From an uncultured Actinomycetes bacterium (GTDB lineage Bacteria; Actinomycetota; UBA4738; JBBDTT01): a stretch of DNA of 64,000 bases. Below are positions 1 to 10,056 of the stretch, in pieces. The position numbers and the translations under genes were made by a program. The notes under the pieces are model-generated. The model ran no database searches, was not told the origin of the DNA, and was given only the letters and a program-made list of their open reading frames with translations. The stretch's first letter is position 1; each line of letters opens with the position of its first letter. The stretch lies in contig CAVUMN010000003.1 in the NCBI GenBank assembly GCA_963742735.1, positions 128,001 through 192,000 of the forward strand. The letters are read 5' to 3'.

Positions 1-167
1 CACACGTCGGGGCCGTCGGGCATGAGCTGGACCGGCTTGTCGTCCTCGTAGCCCAGGACGTGGAAGGGGCAGACGACCACGCACGCCGAGCACCCCGTGC
101 AGAGGCCGGTGACCACGACCTCGTGGTACAGGTCGCGCCACTGCGTCTTGTCGGCCGAGGAGGCCAT
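1..167 (-). CDS. 4Fe-4S ferredoxin-domain protein, N-terminal part (resembles F420 hydrogenase/dehydrogenase beta subunit, FrhB/FdhB family); runs off the window start
   Basis: Manual reverse translation from ATG at 167 gives [40 protein letters not shown]...GPDVC with a CxxCxxCxxxCP motif; TAGACT -10 box 7 nt upstream. Not in the ORF track. Confidence 0.7.
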   Translation of the reverse strand, partial: MASSADKTQWRDLYHEVVVTGLCTGCSACVVVCPFHVLGYEDDKPVQLMPDGPDV

Positions 168-204
168 CGAGGGCAGTCTATGGCCCCCGGCTACACTCGC
201 CGCG

Positions 205-993
205 ATGGCGGAGTTCGCTGAGGACCTCGGCGCGTTCACGATGCGCCCCGGCGATCCCCTGTTCCACCGGGACCCCAAGGGCCGGTTCCTGATCTTCTTC
301 GGACCGGGCAGCCACCCGGTGTTCACGTCGGTGTTCCGGTTCCGGCTCGGCGCCGACGCCGACCTCCCCGCGGTGGTCGAGGAGATCCGCGCCGTGATCC
401 GCGGGCGCGGCCGGACCGGCTCGACCTGGGAGGTCGGCTCCTCGGCCACGCCCGCCGGCCTGGCCGACCGCCTGCTGCAGCTGGGGCTCGTTCCCTATGA
501 GGAGCCGGTCGCCGCGGCGATGCTCCTGGACGCCCCGCCGGCGGTTTCCGGAGGCGAGGGCGTCGAGGTGCGGCGCGTGCAGACCCTGGAGGAGTTCCGG
601 ACGGCCCAACGGATCGCGTCGGAGGCGTTCGGGGTGCCCCGCGACAACCTGGACGACGACGAGGGTCTGGCGAAGGAGTTCGCCGGCATGACCGACGCGG
701 GCGGCATGGTGTTCCTGGCGTTCATCGACGGCGAGCCGGTGGGGCAGGGGACGGCGTTCGCCACCGAGCGCGGCGTCTCGCTCGCGGGCGGCTCCGTGCT
801 CCCGGCCCATCGCGGGGCTGGGGCCTACCGCGCGCTGGTGCTGGCCCGGTGGGACGAGGCGGTCCGGCGGGGAACGCCCTTGCTGGCCACGAACGCCGGC
901 GCGATGTCGCGGCCGATCCTGGAACGGCTCGGGTTTCGCAAGGTCGCGGAGATCCGGATCCTGCTGGACGACAACGCCGGGGGCTCGCCGTAG
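205..993 (+). CDS. GNAT-family N-acetyltransferase
   Basis: C-terminal [14 protein letters not shown] acetyl-CoA loop and [10 protein letters not shown] motif; start moved to ATG 205, which follows a TACACT -10 box. Confidence 0.8.
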   Translation: MAEFAEDLGAFTMRPGDPLFHRDPKGRFLIFFGPGSHPVFTSVFRFRLGADADLPAVVEEIRAVIRGRGRTGSTWEVGSSATPAGLADRLLQLGLVPYEEPVAAAMLLDAPPAVSGGEGVEVRRVQTLEEFRTAQRIASEAFGVPRDNLDDDEGLAKEFAGMTDAGGMVFLAFIDGEPVGQGTAFATERGVSLAGGSVLPAHRGAGAYRALVLARWDEAVRRGTPLLATNAGAMSRPILERLGFRKVAEIRILLDDNAGGSP

Positions 994-995
994 GG

Positions 996-1340
996 TCAGA
1001 CGGAGAACGACTCGCCGCACGCGCACTCGTGGATCGCGCGCGGGTTGTTGATCTTGAAGCCGCCGCCCAGGAGGGCGTCGTTGAACTCGAGCGTGGACCC
1101 CTCCACGATCGGCGCGCTCTTCGGGTCGACGACGAAGGTGAGCCCGTGGGCCTCGAGCACGTGGTCGTCGTTCGCGACGTCGTCCTCGAAGGTGAGCCGG
1201 GAGGTGAAGCCGGAGCATCCGCCGGCCAGCACACGCAGGCGAAGGATCGGGCGGGTCCGCCCCTCCCGCTCGGCCAGGGCCACGGCCTTGCGGGCCGCCT
1301 GCTCCGTGACGCTCATGACGTGGGTCGCTTCGCGCTGCAT
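996..1340 (-). CDS. iscA: HesB/IscA-family Fe-S cluster assembly accessory protein
   Basis: GGCSGF, F..NP and CACGESF motifs. Confidence 0.92.
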   Translation of the reverse strand: MQREATHVMSVTEQAARKAVALAEREGRTRPILRLRVLAGGCSGFTSRLTFEDDVANDDHVLEAHGLTFVVDPKSAPIVEGSTLEFNDALLGGGFKINNPRAIHECACGESFSV

Positions 1341-1369
1341 CTTGGCTCGATGTTACAACCGTTCACGAG

Positions 1370-2137
1370 ATGGACCTCGGACTGAGCGGGAAGAACGCGC
1401 TGGTGGCCGCGGCCAGCCGCGGGCTGGGACGGGCCTGCGCGGAGGCACTGGCCGCGGAGGGCGCGCGCGTGGCGATCTGCGCACGCGACGCCGGCGCCCT
1501 GGAGGAGACGCGTAACGCGATCGCCTCGAGCACCGGCGCGGAGGTGGTCGCCATCCCGGCGGACGTCTCTACGGCCGAGGGCGCGACCGGCTTCGTCCGC
1601 GAGGGCGCCGAGGCGCTCGGGGGCTGCGGGATCCTGGTGGCCAACGCGGGCGGCCCGCGGCCGGGCCGGTTCGAGGACCTCTCCGACGAGGACTTCCAGG
1701 CCTCGTTCGAGCTCAACTTCCAGTCGACGCTGCGGATGGCCCGCGAGGCGCTTCCCCACATGCGCTCCGGGGGCTACGGACGGGTGATCGTGATCGGCTC
1801 GATGTCGATGGTGCAGCCGCTGCCCGGGCTCATGCTCTCGAACGCGATCCGCGCCGGCGTCGCGGGGTGGGCGAAGACGCTCGCCGACGAGGTGGCCGCG
1901 GACGGCATCACCGTGAACGGCGTCCTCCCGGACCGGATCCTCACCGACCGCACGCGCTCCCTGGCCGGCAACACGGAGGACGGGCTCGCCGCGCTGGCCC
2001 GTGACATCCCGCTGGGCAGGCTGGGCGAGCCGAGGGAGGTCGCCGACCTGGTGACGTACCTGGCGAGCGAGCGAGCCGCCTACTTGACCGGCGGCTTCTA
2101 CCGAGTGGACGGCGGCCGCTACCGCGCGCTGTTCTGA
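1370..2137 (+). CDS. Short-chain dehydrogenase/reductase (3-oxoacyl-ACP reductase-like, atypical active site)
   Basis: AASRGLG, NAGGP, SNAIRAG and VDGG motifs. Confidence 0.9.
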   Translation: MDLGLSGKNALVAAASRGLGRACAEALAAEGARVAICARDAGALEETRNAIASSTGAEVVAIPADVSTAEGATGFVREGAEALGGCGILVANAGGPRPGRFEDLSDEDFQASFELNFQSTLRMAREALPHMRSGGYGRVIVIGSMSMVQPLPGLMLSNAIRAGVAGWAKTLADEVAADGITVNGVLPDRILTDRTRSLAGNTEDGLAALARDIPLGRLGEPREVADLVTYLASERAAYLTGGFYRVDGGRYRALF

Positions 2138-2742
2138 GTGGCCGACGAGGCCGGCCAGGTGGCGAGGGTCTCGAGCAGGCCCAGGTGCTTCCATTCGAGC
2201 TCGACGATCTCGTGCCGCAAGATTCGCTCGCGCTCGGCGCGGTCCCGGTCTCGAGCCGCCCGGCGCCGCTCCGAGACGACCAGGAGCACCAGGCTCACCC
2301 CGGTGAGGACGAACGCGATGGCCGTGGCCGGTGAGGGCCGCCCGGAGACCGCACCGTCCACCGGCTGCAGGGCGCCGTCGATGCCGAGGTCGATCCCCAG
2401 GCCGTGTTCCAGGAGCGTCGCCACGCCGAGCGCGGCCACCAGGGCGCCGATCGCGCCGACGGCGACCGCCCGCGGCCACGACCGGCCGGTGGCGAGCGTC
2501 GCCACGGTGATGCCGATGGCCAGGAAGGCGACCGCCGTGACGGCGGTCATGCTTCCGCGCCCGGGCACGAAGCTTCGCAGGGCGGGCACGTCGTAGCGCC
2601 AGCCGATCAGGACGGCGAGGCCGGCCGCCGCCACGGCGCCGCCGAGGCCGGCGCTGACGCGGCGTGCCAGCTCGGACGTGCGGTCCAGGCTGAACCCCCG
2701 CGCGGCGTGCTTGGGCCGCCAGCGAGACGAGTGGATGAGCAT
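2119..2742 (-). CDS. Membrane protein resembling the N-terminal multi-TM input region of sensor kinases/cyclases, with no output domain
   Basis: About four hydrophobic helices; GW..D...L.S..PG...M...TA..F pattern; short charged C-terminal tail. Confidence 0.55.
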   Translation of the reverse strand: MLIHSSRWRPKHAARGFSLDRTSELARRVSAGLGGAVAAAGLAVLIGWRYDVPALRSFVPGRGSMTAVTAVAFLAIGITVATLATGRSWPRAVAVGAIGALVAALGVATLLEHGLGIDLGIDGALQPVDGAVSGRPSPATAIAFVLTGVSLVLLVVSERRRAARDRDRAERERILRHEIVELEWKHLGLLETLATWPASSATQNSAR

Positions 2743-2791
2743 GGGGGGTATAACGGCCGATTTCGGGACGAACTTGAGGTGTGGGCGCCGA

Positions 2792-4150
2792 TTACTTCTG
2801 GACCAGGCGGGACCAGGCGGTCCTGAGGGTCTGGGACCAGGTGGGGTAGGCGTGGATGGCCTGGGCGGCCACGGCGGCGGGCGTCCGGGAGGCCATCATC
2901 AGGACGACCTGGTGGATGAGCTCGCCGGCCAGCTCGCCGACGATATGGCCGCCGAGCACGTCGCCGGTCCGGGCGTCGGCGACGAGCTTCACGAAGCCCG
3001 CCGCCTCGCCCTCCAGGAACGCCCGGGTGGAGCCGGCGAAGTCGGACCGGCCGACCACGACCTCGTGGCCGGCCTCCACCGCCTGACGCTCCGTCAGGCC
3101 GACCGAGGCGATCTCGGGCTCGGTGTAGGTGACCTTCGGGACCACCCGGTAGTCCCGGGTGCGGGGCTTCCCGGCCAGGTCGGCCGCCACGATCCCCGCC
3201 TCGTAGGACCCCACGTGGGTGAACAGGAGCTCCCCGGTGGCGTCGCCGGCCACCGAGACCCGCGGGTTCGTCGTCCGCAGGGTCTGGGTGAGCAGCGGCT
3301 TCCCCGTGTCGTCCAGGCGCACCCCGGCGGCGTCGAAGTCGTGGGCGTCGAACACCGGCTTGCGGCCCGTCGCCACGAGCAGGTGCTCGGCGGTGACGGT
3401 CCGCCCGCCGTCGAGGTGCAGCGTGATGCCGTCGTCGCCGTGGGAGACCCGCAGGGTGCGGGCCGAGGTGAGCACCTCCACGCCCTCGGACTCCAGGATC
3501 GGCCGCATCGTTGCGGAGGCGTCCTCGTCCTCGACGATCAGGATCCGGTCGAACAGCTCGACCAGGGTGACCTTCGTGCCGAACCGCGCGTAGATCTGCG
3601 CGAACTCCACTCCGATCGGCCCGCTGCCCAGGATGGCGAGCGAGCCGGGCAGCCGCTCCTGCCAGATCGCCTCGACGTTCGACCACCACGTCACGGAGTC
3701 GAGCCCTTCGATCGGCGGCGCCGTGGCCGTCGACCCCGTCGCCAGGACCACGTGGTCCGGCTCGACCTGGGTGCCGTCCTCGAGCTCGACGCGCCGCTCG
3801 CCGGTCAGTCGTGCCTGCTGCATGAGCACCCGGCCGCCGCGTGACTCGTACGGCGTGGCTCCGCCGCTGAGCTCCTCGTCGACCAGGGCGCGGACTCGAG
3901 CCATGACCGCCGGGAAGTCGACCTCGACGCCGCTGACCCGGATCCCGTAGCGGCCGGCCTTGCGGGCCCACGCCGCCACCTTCGCGGCCTTGAGCATCGC
4001 CTTGGTGGGGTCGCAGCCGTAGTTGGCGCACTCGCCGCCGAGCTTGTGACGCTCGGCCATCGACACGTCGAACCCCCGATCGAGGAGCATCGAGGTGAGG
4101 GTTCCTCCCGTCCCGCCCCCGCCGATGACGAAGACCGCCTGCTTGGCCAC
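2792..4150 (-). CDS. Pyridine nucleotide-disulfide oxidoreductase (dihydrolipoyl dehydrogenase/MerA-like family)
   Basis: IGGGGTG FAD motif, GGECANYGCDPTK redox disulfide, GSGPIG NAD motif, C-terminal HAYPT; GTG start at 4150. Confidence 0.9.
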   Translation of the reverse strand: MAKQAVFVIGGGGTGGTLTSMLLDRGFDVSMAERHKLGGECANYGCDPTKAMLKAAKVAAWARKAGRYGIRVSGVEVDFPAVMARVRALVDEELSGGATPYESRGGRVLMQQARLTGERRVELEDGTQVEPDHVVLATGSTATAPPIEGLDSVTWWSNVEAIWQERLPGSLAILGSGPIGVEFAQIYARFGTKVTLVELFDRILIVEDEDASATMRPILESEGVEVLTSARTLRVSHGDDGITLHLDGGRTVTAEHLLVATGRKPVFDAHDFDAAGVRLDDTGKPLLTQTLRTTNPRVSVAGDATGELLFTHVGSYEAGIVAADLAGKPRTRDYRVVPKVTYTEPEIASVGLTERQAVEAGHEVVVGRSDFAGSTRAFLEGEAAGFVKLVADARTGDVLGGHIVGELAGELIHQVVLMMASRTPAAVAAQAIHAYPTWSQTLRTAWSRLVQK

Positions 4151-4189
4151 GCGACATTCTGACGCGCCCGTCGCTCGTAGACTCGGGTG

Positions 4190-4750
4190 ATGCCCCTGGA
4201 CCTGCGTCGCGTCACCCCGAGGCTCCTCACCGAGCCGCCGCCGCTGCCCGACGGCGCCCCCGCCGGGGTGTTGGTGCCGATCCTGGACGGGCCCGAGCCG
4301 TCGCTGATCTTCACCGTGCGCGCCGACTCGCTTCGCCACCACAGCGGCGAGATCTCGTTCCCGGGCGGCCGCGCCCATCCCGAGGACGCCGACCTGATGG
4401 CCACGGCGCTGCGCGAGACCCAGGAGGAGCTCGGCCTGCCGCCGGACGCGGTCGAGGTGATCGGATGCCTCCCGTTCGTCCACACCCGCGTGACGGGCTT
4501 CGTGGTCGTGCCGTACGTCGGGCTGCTCTCGGCGCGGCCCGATCTCGTCCCGAACCCGGACGAGATCGCCGAGGTGCTCGAGGTCCCGCTCGCCGCGCTG
4601 CTTGCGACGGAGGAGGAGCGGGAATGGGAGTTCGATACGGAGCGCTACCAGACGTATCAGTACGCGCACGGCGCGCACACCGTTTGGGGGGCGACGGCCC
4701 GGATCGTGAAGGACCTGCTGGACCGACTGCGCGAGGAGGGATGGGGATGA
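4190..4750 (+). CDS. NUDIX CoA pyrophosphatase (NudL/Pcd1-like)
   Basis: R...LRHHSGEISFPGG NuCoA motif, ALRETQEELG Nudix box, VWGATA. Confidence 0.9.
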   Translation: MPLDLRRVTPRLLTEPPPLPDGAPAGVLVPILDGPEPSLIFTVRADSLRHHSGEISFPGGRAHPEDADLMATALRETQEELGLPPDAVEVIGCLPFVHTRVTGFVVVPYVGLLSARPDLVPNPDEIAEVLEVPLAALLATEEEREWEFDTERYQTYQYAHGAHTVWGATARIVKDLLDRLREEGWG

Positions 4751-5184
4751 GCCTGCGTGCCTACGCTCCCGACGACGAACGCCTCGGCGAGCTGCTCGAT
4801 TCGTGGAAGACCATCGCGGTGGTGGGGCTGTCCGCGGATCCGTTCCGGCCCGCGTTCGGGGTCGCCCGCTACCTGAAGGACGTGGGGTATCGGGTGATCC
4901 CGGTGCACCCCGACGCGCAGGACGTCCTGGGCGAGCGGGCGTTCGCGACCCTGGCCGACGTTGACGAGCCGATCGACCTGGTCGACGTCTTCCGCCGCCC
5001 GGAGTTCACGCCCACCCACGCCCGCGAGGCCGTGGCGGTCGGCGCGAAGGGCCTGTGGCTGCAACAGGGGATCGTCAACGACGAGGCCCGCCAGATCGCC
5101 GAGGATGCGGGGCTCGACGTGGTCATGGGACTCTGCATCAAGACGGTCCACCGATGGCTTCGGTCACAGGAGGCGGCGAGATGA
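4747..5184 (+). CDS. CoA-binding protein (YccU-like)
   Basis: TIAVVGLS, VDVFR, LWLQQGI motifs; ATGA overlap with the upstream gene. Confidence 0.9.
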   Translation: MSLRAYAPDDERLGELLDSWKTIAVVGLSADPFRPAFGVARYLKDVGYRVIPVHPDAQDVLGERAFATLADVDEPIDLVDVFRRPEFTPTHAREAVAVGAKGLWLQQGIVNDEARQIAEDAGLDVVMGLCIKTVHRWLRSQEAAR

Positions 5185-5345
5185 CCAAGTGGGAGTACTT
5201 CGTGGCCCCCCTGCTTCCGCACAACCCCGGCGAGATCCTGAACACGTTCGGCGAGGACGGATGGGAGCTCGTCCAGATCCTCGAACAGACGACGCCGGCC
5301 GGCGGCTCGTCGCAGGTCGCGTACCTGAAGCGCCCCAAGCCCTGA
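5181..5345 (+). CDS. DUF4177-family small protein
   Basis: MTKWEY...LNTFGEDGWELV...YLKRP signature; ATGA overlap. Confidence 0.85.
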   Translation: MTKWEYFVAPLLPHNPGEILNTFGEDGWELVQILEQTTPAGGSSQVAYLKRPKP

Positions 5346-5354
5346 GCCCGCGGT

Positions 5355-6860
5355 TCAGGCGGAGGCGCCGGCGTCCTTCAGAAGCTCCGCCAGGACGTTC
5401 CGCCTGACCTTGTGGGTGGGGGTCCGGGGGACCTCGTCGATCACCTGCACCGTCCGCGGAACCTTGTAGCTCGCCAGCTTGTCGGCCACCCATGCCGAGA
5501 GCTCCTGGCCGGTCGCCGTGGCACCGGCCGCCAGGACGACGCCCGCCGCGGGGACTTCGCCCATGGTCGGGTGGGCCACGCCCGTGACGCCGGCGTCCGC
5601 GACCGCCGGATGGAGCAGGAGCGCCTCCTCGATCTCGGCGGGGTGCAGGCGGTGGCCGCCGACCTTCATCAGGTGCTCGGAGCGGCCGGTGATCTCCACG
5701 CCCTGCAGGCGCGACACCGTCCCCAGGTCCTGGGTCCGCAGCCATTCCCGGTCCTGCGGCTCCTCGCCGACGTAGCCACGGAACACGCCGGGGCCGGAGA
5801 GCTCCAGCGTGCCGGACTCGCTGGGCGAGACGGGCTGGCCGCTCGTCTCGTCGACCGCTCGCGCCCGCCATCCCGGCAGCGGCCGGTACTTCCGCATGAG
5901 CCCTACCGGACCCATGATCCGGAACAGGGCGGGGCCCGCCGCTTCGACCAGGCCGTAGCCGTCCACGAAGAACGCGGGGGAGAGCTTCCGGCCGGCCAGG
6001 GCCAGGGAGGAGCCGCGGTGCTGGAACGCGCGCGCCAGGTCGCGGGGCATCGCGTCGGCGCCGCTCACCCACAGCCGCACCGACGACAGGTCGCGAGCGT
6101 CCGCGTGTGCGTCCATCATCCGAAAGATCCCCGGAACCCCCGCGAACACCGAGGCCCGTGTGCTCTCGATCGCGTCCAGGACGCCGTCGGCGGTGAACCT
6201 CGGGAGGAAGACCGCCGGCACGCGGGCCTCGAGGTAGGCAAGGGCGAGGACCAGGCCCATGACGTGGGCCAGGGGGAGCGCCGCCACGGTGCGATCGTCG
6301 CGGCCGGGGGTCACGTCCGGGCGCAGGCGTGCGAAGCGCAGCGCGCTCGCCAGGGCCTCGGTCCGCAGCGGGACGCCCTTGGGTCGGCCGGTGGTGCCCG
6401 AGGTGTACAGGACCACGGCCACGTCGGGCGCGGGCCCCTCCGCCGGCAGCGACTCGGGCCCGGCAAGCTCCATCGCCGCCGCGAGCCCCTCCGGCCCCGG
6501 GCCAAGGACCCGGTCGGCGTCGACCAGGTTCACCAGCGGCTGCAGCTCGATCTCGGGGAGCCCGGCGTACAGGAAGGCCGGAGTGGCACCGGCGCGGGCC
6601 ACGGCCATGGCCGCCAGCAGGCCGTCGAGGTTGCTGCGCAGGACGACGGCGACGGCGTCGCCTCGGCCCACGCCGCTGCGTCGCAGGCCCGCGGCGCCGC
6701 GGGCGACGACCGTCTCGAGGTCGCCGAACGTGAGCGTGGTCTTGCGATGGATGCCCGGGAGCCGGATCGGCTCGGGCAGGATCGCCGCGATGTCGCCGGG
6801 CCCTCGCGCGGCGGCCAGGGCGGTCGCGGTGGCGAGCGACCAGGCGGGCTCGGCGCTCAC
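5355..6860 (-). CDS. AMP-dependent acyl-CoA synthetase/ligase
   Basis: YTSGTTGRPKG P-loop, GYGLVE, TQDLG, EIEEAL and YKVPR motifs; GTG start overlaps the upstream stop. Confidence 0.85.
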   Translation of the reverse strand: MSAEPAWSLATATALAAARGPGDIAAILPEPIRLPGIHRKTTLTFGDLETVVARGAAGLRRSGVGRGDAVAVVLRSNLDGLLAAMAVARAGATPAFLYAGLPEIELQPLVNLVDADRVLGPGPEGLAAAMELAGPESLPAEGPAPDVAVVLYTSGTTGRPKGVPLRTEALASALRFARLRPDVTPGRDDRTVAALPLAHVMGLVLALAYLEARVPAVFLPRFTADGVLDAIESTRASVFAGVPGIFRMMDAHADARDLSSVRLWVSGADAMPRDLARAFQHRGSSLALAGRKLSPAFFVDGYGLVEAAGPALFRIMGPVGLMRKYRPLPGWRARAVDETSGQPVSPSESGTLELSGPGVFRGYVGEEPQDREWLRTQDLGTVSRLQGVEITGRSEHLMKVGGHRLHPAEIEEALLLHPAVADAGVTGVAHPTMGEVPAAGVVLAAGATATGQELSAWVADKLASYKVPRTVQVIDEVPRTPTHKVRRNVLAELLKDAGASA

Positions 6861-8065
6861 ACGCGGGTGGGGTCGGGCGGGTCGCTCGGGGGACGGATCC
6901 GTCCGCGCATCGCGATGATCCCCAGCGCGAGCAGGACCGCGACGACGATGACCGACAGCGTGTTCCGGCCGTCGCCATCTCCCGTGGGGCTTGATGAAAC
7001 CGTCGGACTGGCCTCGGGCCCGGACGCGGTGGACGGCGACGGCGACGGCGACGGCGACGCCGTCGGCCCGGCCACCCGCATCCGCATGAGCGAGTTTCCG
7101 GCGGCCACGTACAGGAAACCGTCGGGCGCGGCCAGGACGTCGGACATCAGCCGTCCGACGTCGATGCGCCGCTCGGCCCCCAGGCCGTCCCCTTGGAGGT
7201 CGGCGTGGTGCAGGGAGCCGAGGCCGAAGTCCGTCCACCACAGCTGGCCGGCCGCCACCGTGCACCCGGTGGGGACGATCACGTTCGGGTAGTCGACGAC
7301 GGGGTCCACGAAGCGGTCGCCGCCACCCGGACCGGACACCTGCGGCCACCCGTAGTTCTCGCCGGCCACGATCCGGTTCACCTCGTCGTGCGACGAGGGC
7401 CCGTTCTCCGTTTCCCACACCTGCCCCGTGGACGGGTCGACGCAAAGCCCGAAGGAGTTCCGGTGGCCCATCGAGTACACCGGGCTGCCCGGGCCGAACG
7501 GGTTGTCGGCGGGGATCCCGCCCTCGGGCGTGACCCGCAGGATCTTGCCCCCCAGGTCGTCGGCCGCCTGCGCCCGCTCGGGGTTGTGGGCCTCGCCGGT
7601 CACGACGTACAGGTTCCCGTCCGGGCCGAACGCGATGTCGCCGCCGTTGTGATAGCCCGAGGTGGCGGGGAGGAGCTCCAGCAGCGGGTCGACCTCTCCG
7701 CCCCGGTCGCCCTCGGCGCGGACGCGGACCAGGCGGTTTCGCTCCGACCCCGAATCCGAGTAGTAGACGTAAACCCACGGTTCGGCCGGGTACTCGGGAT
7801 GCAGGGCGATGCCCAGCAGCCCGCGCTCGGCGTCGGGGATCACGTCGAACGTGGCGAACGGCTCGTCCAGGACCTGTCCGTCGCGCACGAGCAGGACCTC
7901 TCCCAGCTCCTTCTCGGTGACGAACAGCGTCCCGTCGCGGGCCGCGGCGACGTTGGTCAGGAAGTCGAACCCGTCCACGTACACCTCGAGCCCGTCCTGC
8001 GCGGACGCGGGGGACGCCGCGGCCGCGATCAGCACGGCGAAAAGCGCGGCGGTTGAGCGTCGCAT
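6857..8065 (-). CDS. PQQ-dependent glucose/sorbosone dehydrogenase family protein with signal peptide and C-terminal membrane anchor
   Basis: Signal peptide ending ASA; ERGLLGIALHP, HNGGDIAFGPDG, GHRNSFGL, ENYGWP motifs; Pro/Ser linker then TM helix. Confidence 0.88.
   Translation of the reverse strand: MRRSTAALFAVLIAAAASPASAQDGLEVYVDGFDFLTNVAAARDGTLFVTEKELGEVLLVRDGQVLDEPFATFDVIPDAERGLLGIALHPEYPAEPWVYVYYSDSGSERNRLVRVRAEGDRGGEVDPLLELLPATSGYHNGGDIAFGPDGNLYVVTGEAHNPERAQAADDLGGKILRVTPEGGIPADNPFGPGSPVYSMGHRNSFGLCVDPSTGQVWETENGPSSHDEVNRIVAGENYGWPQVSGPGGGDRFVDPVVDYPNVIVPTGCTVAAGQLWWTDFGLGSLHHADLQGDGLGAERRIDVGRLMSDVLAAPDGFLYVAAGNSLMRMRVAGPTASPSPSPSPSTASGPEASPTVSSSPTGDGDGRNTLSVIVVAVLLALGIIAMRGRIRPPSDPPDPTRV
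7032..7055. repeat. (GACGGC)x4 tandem hexamer encoding the SPSPSPSP linker
   Basis: Seen directly in the sequence, inside the dehydrogenase linker. Confidence 0.7.
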
Positions 8066-8125
8066 CCTCACGAGCATGCCACGTCGTGTTGTCGAGAGGC
8101 GCGCACTGCCCTAGCCTGCGGTTCC

Positions 8126-8548
8126 GTGCCGGCCGACGTCGAGTTCCTCGATCGCATCACCGAGCTGAGCCTGTTCAGTCAGCTCCCGCGCGCGCAGATC
8201 GAGGGGATCGCCCACACGTTCGAGGAGATGTCCTTCGAGCCGGAGGAGCGGGTGCTCCGCCAGGGACTCACGGGCTCCGGCTTCTACGTGATCGTCGAGG
8301 GCGAGGCGAACGTCGTCCACGACGGCGAGCAGATCGCCCGCCTGGCCCGCGGCGACTTCTTCGGCGAGGTCTCGGCGCTCCTGGACGAACCCCCCACGGC
8401 GGATGTGGTCGCCGCCACCCCGCTGAAGTGCCTGGTGATCGGGCCCACGGAGCTGACGGAGTTCCTCCGCCGGGTCCCCGAGGTCACCCTTCGGATGCTG
8501 CGCACGGAGTGCCGGCGCCTGCGCTCGAACCTGGGCTGGCGCGCCTAA
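8126..8548 (+). CDS. Stand-alone cyclic nucleotide-binding domain protein
   Basis: LFSQL, GFYVIVEG, GDFFGEVSALLDEPPTADV phosphate-binding cassette; no HTH. Confidence 0.88.
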   Translation: MPADVEFLDRITELSLFSQLPRAQIEGIAHTFEEMSFEPEERVLRQGLTGSGFYVIVEGEANVVHDGEQIARLARGDFFGEVSALLDEPPTADVVAATPLKCLVIGPTELTEFLRRVPEVTLRMLRTECRRLRSNLGWRA

Positions 8549-8554
8549 GCGGCT

Positions 8555-10056
8555 GTGTCGGACGACGGCCGACCCTTTCCGCCCGGGCGCTACCCCGTCG
8601 TGGTGGTCGGGACCGGCCCCGGCGGTCTTCAGGCCTCCTACTTGCTTCGCCGCCGCGGGATCGAGCACGCGCTGCTGTCCCGCGACGAGGGGCCCGGCGG
8701 CATGTTCCGTCGCTTCCCGCTCCTGCAGCGCCTGATCACCTGGAGCAAGCCGCACGCGCTCGTGGACCCCGCCGAGGAGCCGTACGAGCGCTACGACTGG
8801 AACTCGCTGTTGATCGAGCCGCCCGACACGCCCATCCGCGTGGCGAAGTTCATGGACGGCCCGACCTACTTCCCGGCCCGGGCCGAGATGGAGGCAGCGA
8901 TCGGCGCGTTCGCCGAGGAGCACGGCGTCGAGGCTCGGTACGGGTGCACCTGGGAGTCCACCGAACGGACCGACGACGGCTTCGTCATCCACACCTCGGA
9001 CGGGGACTACGAGACCGGCGTCGCGATCTTCTGCGTCGGCTCCGCCCATCCCTGGAAGCCGGGCATCGACGGCCTGGAGGACGTGCCGCACTATGCGGAC
9101 GTGGGCGACGTCCGCAGGTTCACCGACCGGCGCGTGTTCGTCATCGGCAAGCGCAACGGGGCGTTCGAGCTCGCCGACGGGCTGCTGGCCCACGCCTCGC
9201 AGATCGTGATGGCCTCGCCGCGCCCGGCGAACCTGTCGATCCTCACGCGCTCCACGGCGGGGGCCCGGGCCCGGTACCTGCAGGTGTACGAGGACGCGGT
9301 GCTCGGCGGGCGGGACCTACGTCCTGGACGCCGCGCTGACGCGGGTCGAGCGCAGGGGCGAGGGCTGGAAGGTGTACCTGGACGGGACCACGCGGCCGGG
9401 GTCGCTGACGTTCGCGATCGACGACGTCATCGCCGCGACGGGATGGAACGTCCCGATGCTCGACCTGCCCGACCTCGGCGTGCGCACCTTCCATCAGGCG
9501 CGGCTCCCGGCGCTGACCCCGTACTGGGAGAGCGCGACCGTCCCCGGGATCTACTTCGGGGGGACGACGACGATGGGCGCGGTGGGCCTGAAGAAGCACG
9601 GCATCCCCAGTACCTCCGCCGCCGTCCACGGGTTCCGGTACAACGTCCGGGTGCTGGTGGACCGGCTGGCGGAGACGCGGTTCGGGTGGACGCCGCCCCG
9701 GCCGTCCGCCGATCCCGAGGAGCTCCCGGCGATCATCGCCCGTGGAGCTGACCCAGAGCGGCGTCCTGTGGAACCAGCAGGCGTACCTGGCGCGGGTCTG
9801 GGAGGTGACCGAGGCGCAGGGCCTGGTCGACGGGGGCGTTCAACCGCTGCAGGCCTTCGTGGACCGCGACGGCGGGCCGGACTCGATCGCCGCCACGATC
9901 GAGACCACGGCGGACGGCTCGATCCGTCCGGTGCTCTACGTTCGTCGGGGGGGCGCGTTGGAGGAGCACGCCCTGGACGAAGATCAGCTGCTCGATTTCT
10001 CCTCCAACGCGTACCGTTCGGAGATCGCTGGCATCGTGAAGGGAGTGGTCACGTGA
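8555..10056 (+). CDS. FAD/NAD(P)-dependent oxidoreductase (FOXRED2-like), split by two apparent +1 indels near 9309 and 9741
   Basis: VVGTGPGGLQ, RYDWNSLL, VIGKRNGAFE, then IAATGW and HGFRYN in the next frame and ELTQSGVLWNQ in a third; the pieces join into about 500 aa. Confidence 0.75.
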
